A stretch of DNA of 64,000 nt from a virus (IMGVR_UViG_3300027777_000028:1-64000), one strand, 5' to 3'. Numbered from the stretch's first letter, positions 1-10,023 are shown. The notes: generated by a model from the letters alone, not told the origin. Translations and numbers: made by a program.

Positions 1-1
1 A

Positions 2-2206
2 TATTCACAGTTTGTTGCGGAAGCGGGTGCCGGTGTATTAACACCTGGTAGGTTTTACTTGATGACTGATTATCAAACTTGTTATGACCAACCAAACTAT
101 GATAATTTAAAAAATCCTATCACAACGGGTAACTATAAAACAGGAACAACAGAACCTATATTATTATTGGCAATATCTACAAACAGGTTTTCACCTACGG
201 TATATTCTACATTATACCCTCAAGATAAAATAACATACGATATAACTTGGAATACCACTGAAATCACGAGTAGCCCTGCAAAAGGTAGAATCACTGAAAG
301 AATTGATAACTTTAATAATAGAACTGATTATGATAACAGAAGTATTTTATTTAAAAGATATAATGGATATTACTATAATGAAGGACCTGGATCTGTTTTA
401 GATGGTCTTGTTGGGATAAGTGGTATAACAGGAACAACAGGTGTGTTATATGGTAATACGGGTACAACATTTAACTTAAGTTTATTTACTGGAGCAATTG
501 TTTCAGTACGAAATTTAAATCCTTCATTTTTTGAAGTTGTGTCTATTGTGAGTGCTTCTTTAGCGATTATATCAGGTGTAACAATAAGTGAAACTACCAA
601 CTCAAATTATTCTTTTGGAATTAATGATGGTAAAATGACTTATTACCAACCTAATGTAAGACAAGACCAAGTTTTTGAATATACAACATTTGGTGATGCT
701 ATTGATGAAAGTGGGGCGGTTAATAACTATATTGGTAACTATTCTAACCTACATTTAGAATTTGGTACTGGGGATTTTTTACTCGCAAACAATGTTTTTA
801 TTACAGGGGAATACACAAATAATACTATTGGTAACGGTTCTTATAATAACACATTCAATGATGATTGTGATAGCAATCAAATTGGAGATGGATTTTATAA
901 TAACTCAACAAATGATGATTTTGACGGTAATATAATTGGGGAAAATTTTAATAACAATTTTATTACATCAAATTTCAATAATAATAGAATTGGTAGTGAT
1001 TTTTATAATAATACTTTAGTGGGTGGTTCTTTTTATAGAAACAATATTGGAAATGATTTTAGGAATAATGTTTGGGAGAATTTCCTTTGGGATTTTCAAA
1101 ATAATGAAATAGGAAATCAGTTTAATAATAATAAAATTTATGATCAGTTTTATAATAATGATATTGGTAATGGGTATAATGGTAATCAAAGTTATTCACG
1201 ATTTTATCGTAATTTAATTGATAATGGATATAATGGTAATACGGTATATTCAGAGTTCTACGAAAATAATATTGGATTCAATTTTTATAATAATACTATT
1301 GGAGAAAACGGAAATATTGGGGGTACTGCTTTTAGGGGTAATATAATTGGGACCTATTTTGAAAGTAATACAATTAAATTTAATTTTTTAAGTAACAATA
1401 TTTTAAACGATTTTTACAATAATGACATATATTGTGCTTTTATAAAAAATTCAATATTAAATGGTTTTAACACAAACACAATTGGTGGAGTTAACAACTT
1501 AGGTCTTACTTTTGAGAACAACCAAATTATGAATAATTTTAAGGGTAACGATATTCAAGGTAATTTTTGGAGTAACCAACTTAAAACAAATTTTAAAGCT
1601 AATGAGATATTAGGTGAGTTTGGATATAATAATATAGGATTTGAGTGTTCACCTAATATTTTTAGTGGTATAACGACACATAACAATATCGGTGATGATT
1701 TTTCATTTAATACTTGTTACGGATCATTTTCTTACAACACAATAGGGACTTATTTCAATTCTAATGAGGTACAAGATGGATTTGGTTTTGGTGGGGCCTC
1801 ACCTCAAGGAAATAGAATCGGAAATAATTTTATAGATAATACCATCGGTGAATATTTCTACAATAATACTATTTCCGATAACTTTTACAATAACACAATT
1901 GGTGATTCATTCCAATGGAATATTGTTAATACCCAAGTTAATAATGTTTGTTTAAGTACAGGTATGTTATATGATATCACAACAGTTAATGTATTCAAAA
2001 ATAAAAATGGAGATAACAGATTATCATATTACGATGAATTAGATGTTTTAACAATAGAAACATTAACTGAGGCTCCTTGTCTAGGTGGGTTAAATGCGTT
2101 AGACATACCAGAAAATGATTTGAATTATGGACTAATAGTTTATATTAACGATATTGTTGTTTTAGATATACCTGAAGACGATTTAAATTATGGGTTAGTA
2201 ATATAA
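2..2206 (+). CDS. Tail fibre/spike-like beta-helix repeat protein (5'-truncated by window edge)
   Basis: Frame is open from position 2 through the called start at 59. Long Asn-rich ~9-residue repeats (N-x-I-G-x-x-F-x-N) typical of parallel beta-helices. Neighbours are other fibre-like genes. Confidence 0.65.
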   Translation, partial: YSQFVAEAGAGVLTPGRFYLMTDYQTCYDQPNYDNLKNPITTGNYKTGTTEPILLLAISTNRFSPTVYSTLYPQDKITYDITWNTTEITSSPAKGRITERIDNFNNRTDYDNRSILFKRYNGYYYNEGPGSVLDGLVGISGITGTTGVLYGNTGTTFNLSLFTGAIVSVRNLNPSFFEVVSIVSASLAIISGVTISETTNSNYSFGINDGKMTYYQPNVRQDQVFEYTTFGDAIDESGAVNNYIGNYSNLHLEFGTGDFLLANNVFITGEYTNNTIGNGSYNNTFNDDCDSNQIGDGFYNNSTNDDFDGNIIGENFNNNFITSNFNNNRIGSDFYNNTLVGGSFYRNNIGNDFRNNVWENFLWDFQNNEIGNQFNNNKIYDQFYNNDIGNGYNGNQSYSRFYRNLIDNGYNGNTVYSEFYENNIGFNFYNNTIGENGNIGGTAFRGNIIGTYFESNTIKFNFLSNNILNDFYNNDIYCAFIKNSILNGFNTNTIGGVNNLGLTFENNQIMNNFKGNDIQGNFWSNQLKTNFKANEILGEFGYNNIGFECSPNIFSGITTHNNIGDDFSFNTCYGSFSYNTIGTYFNSNEVQDGFGFGGASPQGNRIGNNFIDNTIGEYFYNNTISDNFYNNTIGDSFQWNIVNTQVNNVCLSTGMLYDITTVNVFKNKNGDNRLSYYDELDVLTIETLTEAPCLGGLNALDIPENDLNYGLIVYINDIVVLDIPEDDLNYGLVI
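2099..2203 (+). repeat. Duplicated 14-codon C-terminal motif (LDIPENDLNYGLIV / LDIPEDDLNYGLVI)
   Basis: Copies at 2099-2140 and 2162-2203; five codon differences are synonymous and three are conservative. Confidence 0.9.
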
Positions 2207-2259
2207 AAAATAAATAACACAATATTTATTATAAATAATAAACAAAAAAACAAAAAAAA

Positions 2260-3336
2260 ATGATACAAGGAATTAGAATAACAAGTACAAATTTATCAGG
2301 ACTAACGGCAAACGTTACTTTTTTACCCACAACTGGTGGAACTATTAATTTAGGATCTGAAGTAATACCATTTAATAATATTTCGGTTTATCCTTACGGA
2401 ACATACGAATTAGACGTTCAATTATATGATAGAATATACGAAATAGTTGTACCAGCACCGTTAACAGGTCAGAGCGCATATACTCAAACAGTAAGAGCGG
2501 TTACCGTTGACGGAGGAGCCCAACCATTTTCAGGAGCCGTATTATCTGAAGTGTGGGGAACATATACAACAGAATATATTACAAATGAAGGAATATCATC
2601 AACTGATATTGTTTTAGCTGAAGGTATTTGTTCTGATGATGTTGATGCTGCATATTTACCCGGAAATATCGGTGGATGGCCAACAAGTATTAATTCTTTC
2701 TTAGGACCATTTCAATCAGGAGGACTAGCAGGTTATCCGTTTGTTGGTAGTGTTGGATTTGGAGCATTTGCAAGTCACGTAGCAACAACTCTTGGTGGAA
2801 CTTTGTTTGTTACAAGTATGCCACACATTGGTGTTACTGAAGATGGTCGTTCAGGTAGAATGTTAAGAAGAGGTAAAGCAAATAGTTTAACCGATAATAC
2901 CTGTGGTGCCGTTGCGGGAGCAATTGACCAAGTTGTAAATCAACTAAGCTCACCTCCAGATCAAAATAACGCACCTTTTAATAATGAAAATTATTCTTTT
3001 TGGAAATTGACTGATATTTTATGGCCGTATAAAAATGTATTATCAGGTTTTACAGGTACTTCTGAAGAGATTTATAATAATCAAATGATATTTGCCACAG
3101 AAACTATTAGGGATTCAGCGTATGATTATATAATCGCAAATTTACCAGCAGCAACAACTGGAAACACCACAAATGATGTGTATTTTTTAAGTGGTATTTT
3201 TATTAATTCTGATGTTAGTTCCGGTACAACACAATTTGAGTCGTATGTCGTTGTTGATAAAGTCATGAAATATGAATATGGTATTGGGTGGAACAATATT
3301 ACTGTTAATTATATGTCCGGATTACCAATTGACTAA
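2260..3336 (+). CDS. Theta-class (LCIB/LCIC family) carbonic anhydrase domain fused to an N-terminal beta-rich virion-type module
   Basis: Motifs ICSDD (C124), FQSGGLAGYPFVGSVGFGAFASHV, PHIG (H189), GRMLRRG and TCGAV (C215) match the order of LCIB-family motifs, with the Cys-His-Cys Zn ligands intact. Confidence 0.85.
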   Translation: MIQGIRITSTNLSGLTANVTFLPTTGGTINLGSEVIPFNNISVYPYGTYELDVQLYDRIYEIVVPAPLTGQSAYTQTVRAVTVDGGAQPFSGAVLSEVWGTYTTEYITNEGISSTDIVLAEGICSDDVDAAYLPGNIGGWPTSINSFLGPFQSGGLAGYPFVGSVGFGAFASHVATTLGGTLFVTSMPHIGVTEDGRSGRMLRRGKANSLTDNTCGAVAGAIDQVVNQLSSPPDQNNAPFNNENYSFWKLTDILWPYKNVLSGFTGTSEEIYNNQMIFATETIRDSAYDYIIANLPAATTGNTTNDVYFLSGIFINSDVSSGTTQFESYVVVDKVMKYEYGIGWNNITVNYMSGLPID

Positions 3337-3354
3337 ATAAATTAAAAAAATAAA

Positions 3355-4638
3355 ATGGCAACAAAATATATTGTAAATAACGTATCGGGACAAACCATAA
3401 ATGGTGATTTAACCACGAATACTATATCGGCAACAACATATTATAATGTTTCGTCAAATTTTCAATCTGAGATACACGTAAGTCAAATAGATGGAAACGA
3501 CACTACAGGCGATGGTAGTTTGCTTAATCCTGTTGCAACTATTACTTACGCATTGACTTTATTGACAGGGTCTCGTAAAACAATTATTGTTCATCCAGGC
3601 GGTTATAATGAAAATGTTACGGTTGCAAGTGGTAATACCACAATAGCTACAACCGAGTTAACGGGTGCAAATACTCTTTTATCGGGAACTTTAACTATTG
3701 GTTCATTAGGTTCAGGTTCTCGTATTTCGGGTTTGAGGATGTCTAAGCTTGTCATTAGTGGAACCGCACAGGCTTATATAAGCAATTGTACTGTTGATAC
3801 TCAAGTTACTAAATCTTCTAGTGGTTATGTAGAGATTATTAATACAGAAATGCAATGTACTTCAGGTATTCAAATTTATGGTGCAGGTATCACTATTATC
3901 AACGGTAATAAAAATGTTGCTGTATCAGTAAGTAACGATTCAGCACAAGTCATTGTAAAAGGATGTAATAGTGTTGTTACACCTTCCGCTAGCGCGGGTA
4001 ATCTAGCTATAGTTGATTGTATTGTAACAGCTTTAGGTGGAAATGCTATAACTATTACTAATTCCGCAACAACTTTAACTTTGCTTAATAGTCAAGTTCT
4101 TGTTCAGGCAGGTAATAATGTTGCACCCATTAGCGTTGCGGGTATTTATTCAATTATTAATACCATCTATGATAAACCAAATTCATCTCTTACGGGGACT
4201 AATACTAACTCTATTGATTATTTTCAATTTATAAATGCAGATAGATTAACTATAACAGGATCAATATATTCTCCAAACATAACAGGAGCGATAACAAATT
4301 TACCATCACCATCTGGTACTGTAAATTATGATTGTTCTATTGGAACAACATTTGTTCATTTTGGGGTTGATGCAACATCGGATTGGATAGTTAATTTAAC
4401 AAATTTTGATTTACCTGATGGTTGTTCGACATCTATAAAGATAATTGCGTCAAATGCTGATATATCGGGAAATACTTGGAAAATAACAGGGTTTAAAATA
4501 GATGGAGTTCCTCAAATATGGACTAAATCATGGACTAATGGTGCTAGAAATACATTGTATATTTATAAGTTTACAATTGTAAATACAGTATCGGGTATAG
4601 TTGCGTATGGGGAAAGAACAACAACAACACCAGCATAA
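3355..4638 (+). CDS. Tail fibre/tailspike-like protein with pectin-lyase-type beta-helix
   Basis: IHVSQIDGNDTTGDGSLLNPVATITYAL resembles the DUF1565-like cap of beta-helix proteins; S/T/G/N-rich body. Confidence 0.6.
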   Translation: MATKYIVNNVSGQTINGDLTTNTISATTYYNVSSNFQSEIHVSQIDGNDTTGDGSLLNPVATITYALTLLTGSRKTIIVHPGGYNENVTVASGNTTIATTELTGANTLLSGTLTIGSLGSGSRISGLRMSKLVISGTAQAYISNCTVDTQVTKSSSGYVEIINTEMQCTSGIQIYGAGITIINGNKNVAVSVSNDSAQVIVKGCNSVVTPSASAGNLAIVDCIVTALGGNAITITNSATTLTLLNSQVLVQAGNNVAPISVAGIYSIINTIYDKPNSSLTGTNTNSIDYFQFINADRLTITGSIYSPNITGAITNLPSPSGTVNYDCSIGTTFVHFGVDATSDWIVNLTNFDLPDGCSTSIKIIASNADISGNTWKITGFKIDGVPQIWTKSWTNGARNTLYIYKFTIVNTVSGIVAYGERTTTTPA

Positions 4639-4664
4639 ATTAAAATGACTAAAAAATAAATAAT

Positions 4665-4913
4665 ATGAGAATTTGTATTTTAACAGAAAACGATAAGGTA
4701 GAACAAGTAAGAGAAGGTTGGATAAATAAAAATGTTATGAAAATACCTTGTTCATCAACAGGTGTAGAACCTGCAACACATTGGTTTTGTACCATGGCAG
4801 GATCTGAAGAAAAAATGAACTCTATTTACGCAAAGAAAAACTTATCTATTATGGAATTAGAAATTGGTCCAAAAGAATTTCTTAATAAATGGGGTCTGAA
4901 AATCATAAAATAG
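4665..4913 (+). CDS. Hypothetical protein
   Basis: 82-aa ORF with A-rich leader, co-oriented in the gene cluster. Confidence 0.6.
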   Translation: MRICILTENDKVEQVREGWINKNVMKIPCSSTGVEPATHWFCTMAGSEEKMNSIYAKKNLSIMELEIGPKEFLNKWGLKIIK

Positions 4914-5521
4914 TAAAAAATTTCATCAGTGATGATGAAGTTAATCTAATTGTTGATTGGGTTGAATCTATTAACCATACCGGAAATGATAGTAATCACC
5001 ACTTAACAGAATTATCCAAAGACCTAAACGGTAAATCGTATATGTTTGATATATCAAATACCCCACTAACTAATTACATCACAAAATTCCAATCAATATC
5101 TGACGTATCTAAAGACATATTACCAAGTTTTATTTATAAAATTATAGACAGGATCTCAGAAGAATTTAATTACCCAAAAGATAATATCTTTATTCAGGCG
5201 GTAGATATGAATAAGGGTGGTAAAATACAACCCCATTATGATGCATCAATTGATGGTTACATAAACTACAAATGCAACATTAGTGTGTTATCGGAAGATT
5301 ATAAAATTTTTATAGATGATTCTTCACCTGTAATAGAACAAAAAGACCTATACTGTTTTGAAGCTTCGTTATATAAACATTGGACCGAAGAGTTTAATTC
5401 AAGAAGGGTGTTTTTAAGTTTTGGTTTTATATTACCTTATGGCGTTTTAGGTAGAAATGAAAGTGACCCAAGAGTTAGATTAAGTCAACGAATATCAAAA
5501 TATTTTCAAAAACATAGTTGA
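4889..5521 (+). CDS. 2OG-Fe(II) oxygenase superfamily protein
   Basis: N-terminal IVKNFISDDE, HxD (PHYD), distal His (YKHWT) and RRVFLSF 2OG-binding strand. Confidence 0.8.
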   Translation: MGSENHKIVKNFISDDEVNLIVDWVESINHTGNDSNHHLTELSKDLNGKSYMFDISNTPLTNYITKFQSISDVSKDILPSFIYKIIDRISEEFNYPKDNIFIQAVDMNKGGKIQPHYDASIDGYINYKCNISVLSEDYKIFIDDSSPVIEQKDLYCFEASLYKHWTEEFNSRRVFLSFGFILPYGVLGRNESDPRVRLSQRISKYFQKHS

Positions 5522-5549
5522 TATAAAACAAAACAAAAACTATATTTAT
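5518..5549 (+). promoter_or_regulatory. Putative promoter of the DNA polymerase gene
   Basis: TTGATA(5518-5523)-17 nt-TATATT(5541-5546), overlapping the recurrent TATTTAT motif (5543-5549). Confidence 0.55.
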
Positions 5550-5562
5550 TTACGAAGGTAAA

Positions 5563-5580
5563 TGCCGACCTAATTCGGTA
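5563..5580 (+). promoter_or_regulatory. 5'-leader hairpin upstream of polB (possible translational operator)
   Basis: TGCCGA-CCTAAT-TCGGTA forms a 6-bp stem (one G-U) 25 nt before the ATG, within otherwise A-rich sequence. Confidence 0.4.
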
Positions 5581-5605
5581 GCTAATACACCAAAAGTAAA
5601 TAATT

Positions 5606-8572
5606 ATGATATCACAAGAAGAAATAAAAAATTTCCTAGAAGGAAATGATCCAGAAAAATATATCGTTTCGGTCGAATACGATTACGTCACAGACAAAAT
5701 ATTCAAAATAAAAGAAGTTCCTGGTAAAGGAAAAGAAATTCAAAAGGACACCTTAATTTCATTCGCTTGGGTTGGTGATCTTCGTGGTCTAAACTTTTAT
5801 TCATCATCAAAAGGATTACAAAAAGAGGCCATGACAAAACATGGTATTATTATAGAAAAATTAAAAACCGAAAATAATGATCGTTTAAAACGAGGACTTA
5901 CATTTATGGTTAAATCTGTTAAAGGTTATAGAAACCTTATTCAGTTTTTTAGAGAAGGCGGAGTTGATCCTTGGGGTGAAAATGTTAAAGATTTGTTAAT
6001 GATATTACCTCCAGTCGAACAATATCTAATTTCAAAAGAAAAAAGATTATTCAAAGGGTTTGAAGAATATAATGATATTCTTAGAATGGTATTTGACCTT
6101 GAGACCACATCTTTAGAACCAAAAGATGGTAGGATCTTTATGATCGGAATTAAAACAAATAAAGGGTTTAAAAAAGTAATTGAATGCACAAATGCCGATG
6201 AAGAAAGAAGGGGATTAACAGAGTTTTTTCAAATAATTGACGACATAAAACCATCAATTATCTCGGGATATAACTCATTTAACTTTGACTGGCATTGGAT
6301 ATATGAAAGATGTAAGATTTTAAATCTTGATATTAAAAAAATTGCCAAGTCTTTAAACCCAAACAAATCAATCTCACAAAAAGATTCTATGTTGAAATTG
6401 GCAAATGAGGTTGAAAAGTTTAATCAAACTCAAATGTGGGGTTATAACATTATTGATATCTTACATTCAGTTCGTAGAGCACAAGCAATTAATTCAAACA
6501 TTAAAGAAGCGGGTCTTAAATATATCACAAAATATATCGAAGCAGAAGCTCCCGATCGTGTATATGTTGATCACGACAAAATTGGATCAATGTATCGAGA
6601 TAAAGAAGATTACTGGTTGAATATTGAAAATGGAAAATATAAAAAAGTTGGCACAGACTCCAAAGTTGATGATGTGTGTGAACGACATTCAAACATTTAT
6701 ATTAAAACAACGGGAGATAATATTATTGAGCGTTACTTGGACGATGACTTGGAAGAAACCCTTTTGGTTGACGAAGAATTCAATCAAGGATCATTTTTGT
6801 TGGCGTCCCTTCTTCCAACAACATATGAAAGGGTTTCAACAATGGGAACGGCAACATTATGGAAAATGTTAATGTTGGCTTGGTCTTATAAACATAATCT
6901 TGCAATACCAGCCAAAAACGATAAGGGGAACTTCGTGGGAGGACTTTCTCGTTTGATTAGAACAGGATACTCAAAGAATGTATTAAAACTCGACTACTCG
7001 TCTCTATACCCCTCCATTCAGTTGGTTCACGATGTGTTTCCTGATTGTGATGTGACAGGTGCAATGAAAGGTCTTTTAACTTATTTTAGAAATAGTCGTA
7101 TCAAATACAAACAACTCGCCGAAGAATATGCCTCTATTGATAAAAAGAAATCAACATCTTATGACCGTAAACAATTACCGATTAAGATCTTCATTAACTC
7201 GATGTTCGGTGCCCTTTCAGCCCCACAGGTATTTCATTGGGGTGATATGGATAAGGGTGAAATGATTACTTGCACAGGTCGTCAGTATCTTCGAATGATG
7301 ATTAACTTTTTTATGGATCGTGGATATACACCTCTTGTGATGGACACGGATGGTATTAACTTTTCGGTTCCTGAAGGTGTGGAAGAAAGACGTTATGTTG
7401 GTAAAGGTCTGAATTGGAAAGTTGTTGATGGTAAAGAATATATTGGTGAAGAGGCTGATGTAATGGAGTTTAACGATCTTGCGATGAGAGGTGAGATGGC
7501 TCTTGATACTGACGGACAATGGCCTGCGTGTATTAACTTGGCTCGTAAGAATTACGCTTTGATTACGGCAAAAGGTAAAATCAAACTTACAGGTAACTCA
7601 ATCAAATCTAAAAAAATGCCAATCTATATTGAGAAGTTTTTGGATAAAGGAATTAAATTACTTCTTGATGGTAAAGGACAAGAGTTTGTCGAGTGGTATT
7701 ATGAATACGTCCAACAGATATTTGACCTTCAAATTCCTTTGATGGATATTGCAAACAAAGCAAAAGTAAAACAAACCATCGATGATTATATAATTCGTAG
7801 TAAGCAAACAACAAAGGCGGGAAGTTTAATGTCTAGACAAGCACACATGGAATTGGCAATCAAAGAGGGGTTAAATGTAAATCTTGGTGATGTAATATTT
7901 TATGTTAATAATGGATCGAAAGCATCACACGGAGACGTTCAAAAAGTTAATAAACCAAAGAAAGGTTGGTCACAAGAACAAATTGATTTGTTTTTTTCGG
8001 ATAGTTTAAAAAGTAATTTAGATTACAAACAGAAAGAAAAATTTTTACTTAACAATGGTTGGGAAAAATCTTGGTCGGAAGATAACTGGGTACGTAGTGA
8101 TGCTAAAAACAAGGAGGCAAATACCGGAATACCAACAGATTTCGCCTATCGACTTAGTAGTACCGATTCAGTTATCCAACTAAATTGTTACCGAATTGAG
8201 CCATCTGATTTAGAAAATAACCCGACAATGAAAGGTCAATATAATATTCAAAGAGCAATTGCGACTTTTAATAAACGTGTAGAACCATTACTTGTTGTGT
8301 TTAAACAAGAAGTAAGAAATGGATTGTTGGTTAAGAATCCAGAAGACCGACCATTCTTCACAAAAGATCAATGTGAATTAATTAACGGACAACCATTTGA
8401 TGAAGGCGACCAAGACAAATTAGAAGACGTTATGGAAATTTCAGATGAGGAAATGTTATTTTGGAATCGTGTTGGTGAGACACCATATCACATGTATAAA
8501 AATGCTGATGATGTCATGTGGAAATATGTACCAAAAGAAGATTTAATCAAGTTTGAGACCATCGGAGGATAG
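5606..8572 (+). CDS. polB: Family B DNA polymerase with 3'-5' exonuclease
   Basis: ExoI FDLETTS, ExoII GYNSFNFDW, motif A LDYSSLYPSI, motif B KIFINSMFG, motif C MDTDG. Confidence 0.96.
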   Translation: MISQEEIKNFLEGNDPEKYIVSVEYDYVTDKIFKIKEVPGKGKEIQKDTLISFAWVGDLRGLNFYSSSKGLQKEAMTKHGIIIEKLKTENNDRLKRGLTFMVKSVKGYRNLIQFFREGGVDPWGENVKDLLMILPPVEQYLISKEKRLFKGFEEYNDILRMVFDLETTSLEPKDGRIFMIGIKTNKGFKKVIECTNADEERRGLTEFFQIIDDIKPSIISGYNSFNFDWHWIYERCKILNLDIKKIAKSLNPNKSISQKDSMLKLANEVEKFNQTQMWGYNIIDILHSVRRAQAINSNIKEAGLKYITKYIEAEAPDRVYVDHDKIGSMYRDKEDYWLNIENGKYKKVGTDSKVDDVCERHSNIYIKTTGDNIIERYLDDDLEETLLVDEEFNQGSFLLASLLPTTYERVSTMGTATLWKMLMLAWSYKHNLAIPAKNDKGNFVGGLSRLIRTGYSKNVLKLDYSSLYPSIQLVHDVFPDCDVTGAMKGLLTYFRNSRIKYKQLAEEYASIDKKKSTSYDRKQLPIKIFINSMFGALSAPQVFHWGDMDKGEMITCTGRQYLRMMINFFMDRGYTPLVMDTDGINFSVPEGVEERRYVGKGLNWKVVDGKEYIGEEADVMEFNDLAMRGEMALDTDGQWPACINLARKNYALITAKGKIKLTGNSIKSKKMPIYIEKFLDKGIKLLLDGKGQEFVEWYYEYVQQIFDLQIPLMDIANKAKVKQTIDDYIIRSKQTTKAGSLMSRQAHMELAIKEGLNVNLGDVIFYVNNGSKASHGDVQKVNKPKKGWSQEQIDLFFSDSLKSNLDYKQKEKFLLNNGWEKSWSEDNWVRSDAKNKEANTGIPTDFAYRLSSTDSVIQLNCYRIEPSDLENNPTMKGQYNIQRAIATFNKRVEPLLVVFKQEVRNGLLVKNPEDRPFFTKDQCELINGQPFDEGDQDKLEDVMEISDEEMLFWNRVGETPYHMYKNADDVMWKYVPKEDLIKFETIGG

Positions 8573-8890
8573 TATATACCATACTCCCTGAACATTTTGT
8601 AACTCTATACAAGCACCTTTACTAATTTCTAATTCGTCCCAATCTTCATCAATTCTGTTGAGATCAGGAATAATAGTACAATTTGTTAATGATTTAATAG
8701 TGATTTTATCTGTTGTTGTTGAATTAAGTTTTAATTTACAGTGTGAGACATCTTTAACAATAATTAAAATTTCACCATTTGTGGAATATGTAGGCTCACT
8801 TAAAATTATGGTTTCGAAGGTGTTTAAATTAACTGATCGACCTCCCCTAAATACTGTTTTTCTTGTTGGTGATTCTCTATGTATTGGCAT
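8543..8890 (-). CDS. Hypothetical small beta-rich protein, possibly virion-associated
   Basis: 115 aa, downstream of the neck gene; overlaps the polB 3' end convergently by 30 nt. Confidence 0.55.
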   Translation of the reverse strand: MPIHRESPTRKTVFRGGRSVNLNTFETIILSEPTYSTNGEILIIVKDVSHCKLKLNSTTTDKITIKSLTNCTIIPDLNRIDEDWDELEISKGACIELQNVQGVWYILSSDGLKLD

Positions 8891-8895
8891 AAAAA

Positions 8896-10023
8896 TTAAA
8901 TTACATATATTTGACGAGGCATTGCTCTAAACTTTAATTGTTTGTTAAGGTTTTCTGCCAACAATGCTTCTCTCTCCATTATTTTTTCAGGACGTAATCT
9001 TGTGAGTCTACCATCTGCCCCAATAAGTTCATCAATTAATTTAGTTTTTTCGTCTTTAGCCTCGGTTGATAAAGACGCATAATCCATTTGTAAATCACCA
9101 TCAGGTGCTTTTAAATTTCCACTGAATTTACCTCTAACTCTTGCCAACGTTTCTTTACAATATGCTGTAAACCATCTTCTAACCCAAATTTGTGCCGGAT
9201 TGTTTAACTTTTCCCAAGACATTTTATTAAATGGAACATCTGAAGGTAATAAAATGATATCAGGATTATCCGCCAAACATTTATCTCTGTCACCTTGTGA
9301 AGTGTCATAATACCAATACCAAACTTGACCCTTTGATAATTCTGCGTTACCAAAGTCAAATTTACCTCCAGGTGTATTTAAAAGGTGTAATGCTTTTTTA
9401 CCTTCAGGAAGTGCGGTTATATAATATGTTAAATCACCAGCATATATTCTTCTTTGTATGTTAACCTCTTGCATTCTTAGTAACGTATCAAAAGCCGGTG
9501 TTAAATAATAACTTCCTGCCATATTACCAATTTGTGCAAGTCCACCACCACCACCAAGGCCAGTTCCAATACCAACACCAGCAAAACCTCCTAAACCAAA
9601 CATAAGATTGTTAAGTGTTGATGGGGTAAACCATAATACTTCATTTATTTCACGACCTGCAGGTATTTCATAGATTTGTTGGTTAGGAACTAATTGTATA
9701 TAATCTTTTTTAATTTCCCAATCACCACCAGCTTGTAGACCAACAATTTTAGAATATGCGTAAGTATAACGAGTTTCAAAATCTAAACTTTTAGTAATGA
9801 AGGCTCTTGATAAAGATTGTGTGTCTAAATTTAAATTATATAGTGATGTCCATTGAGATTCGGTTAACCAATCCTGTACGTATTGTGAATAATCATCAAT
9901 AGAATACTCTAAAAGAGTGTCCATCATTTCATCCTCTAATTCTACTGATCTTAAAGGTGCTCCAAGTAAATGTCTAACTTTTTGATAGAATTTACTTCTT
10001 TCTGGTTCGTTGATAATTGCCAT
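8896..10023 (-). CDS. Neck/head completion protein (T4 gp13-like)
   Basis: N-terminal VRHLLGAPLRSVELEDEMMD resembles the gp13 LGAP..VE motif; C-terminal WVRRWFTAYCKETLARVRGKF is also gp13-like. Confidence 0.75.
   Translation of the reverse strand: MAIINEPERSKFYQKVRHLLGAPLRSVELEDEMMDTLLEYSIDDYSQYVQDWLTESQWTSLYNLNLDTQSLSRAFITKSLDFETRYTYAYSKIVGLQAGGDWEIKKDYIQLVPNQQIYEIPAGREINEVLWFTPSTLNNLMFGLGGFAGVGIGTGLGGGGGLAQIGNMAGSYYLTPAFDTLLRMQEVNIQRRIYAGDLTYYITALPEGKKALHLLNTPGGKFDFGNAELSKGQVWYWYYDTSQGDRDKCLADNPDIILLPSDVPFNKMSWEKLNNPAQIWVRRWFTAYCKETLARVRGKFSGNLKAPDGDLQMDYASLSTEAKDEKTKLIDELIGADGRLTRLRPEKIMEREALLAENLNKQLKFRAMPRQIYVI

Noticed and set aside
2-2206. Diversity-generating retroelement target in the Asn-rich fibre
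   Set aside because: No reverse transcriptase in the window, and the C-terminal duplicate differs at synonymous sites rather than specifically at adenines.
2230-2237. T4-type TATAAATA late promoter
   Set aside because: Seen on the sense strand upstream of genes only sporadically (here and at 16236). The consistently gene-oriented motif is TATTTAT.
5606-8572. Intein or intron in polB (also checked nrdJ and both helicases)
   Set aside because: No C/S...HN splice motifs or LAGLIDADG pattern seen. The short extra segment near the PolB C-terminus looks like an ordinary insertion.
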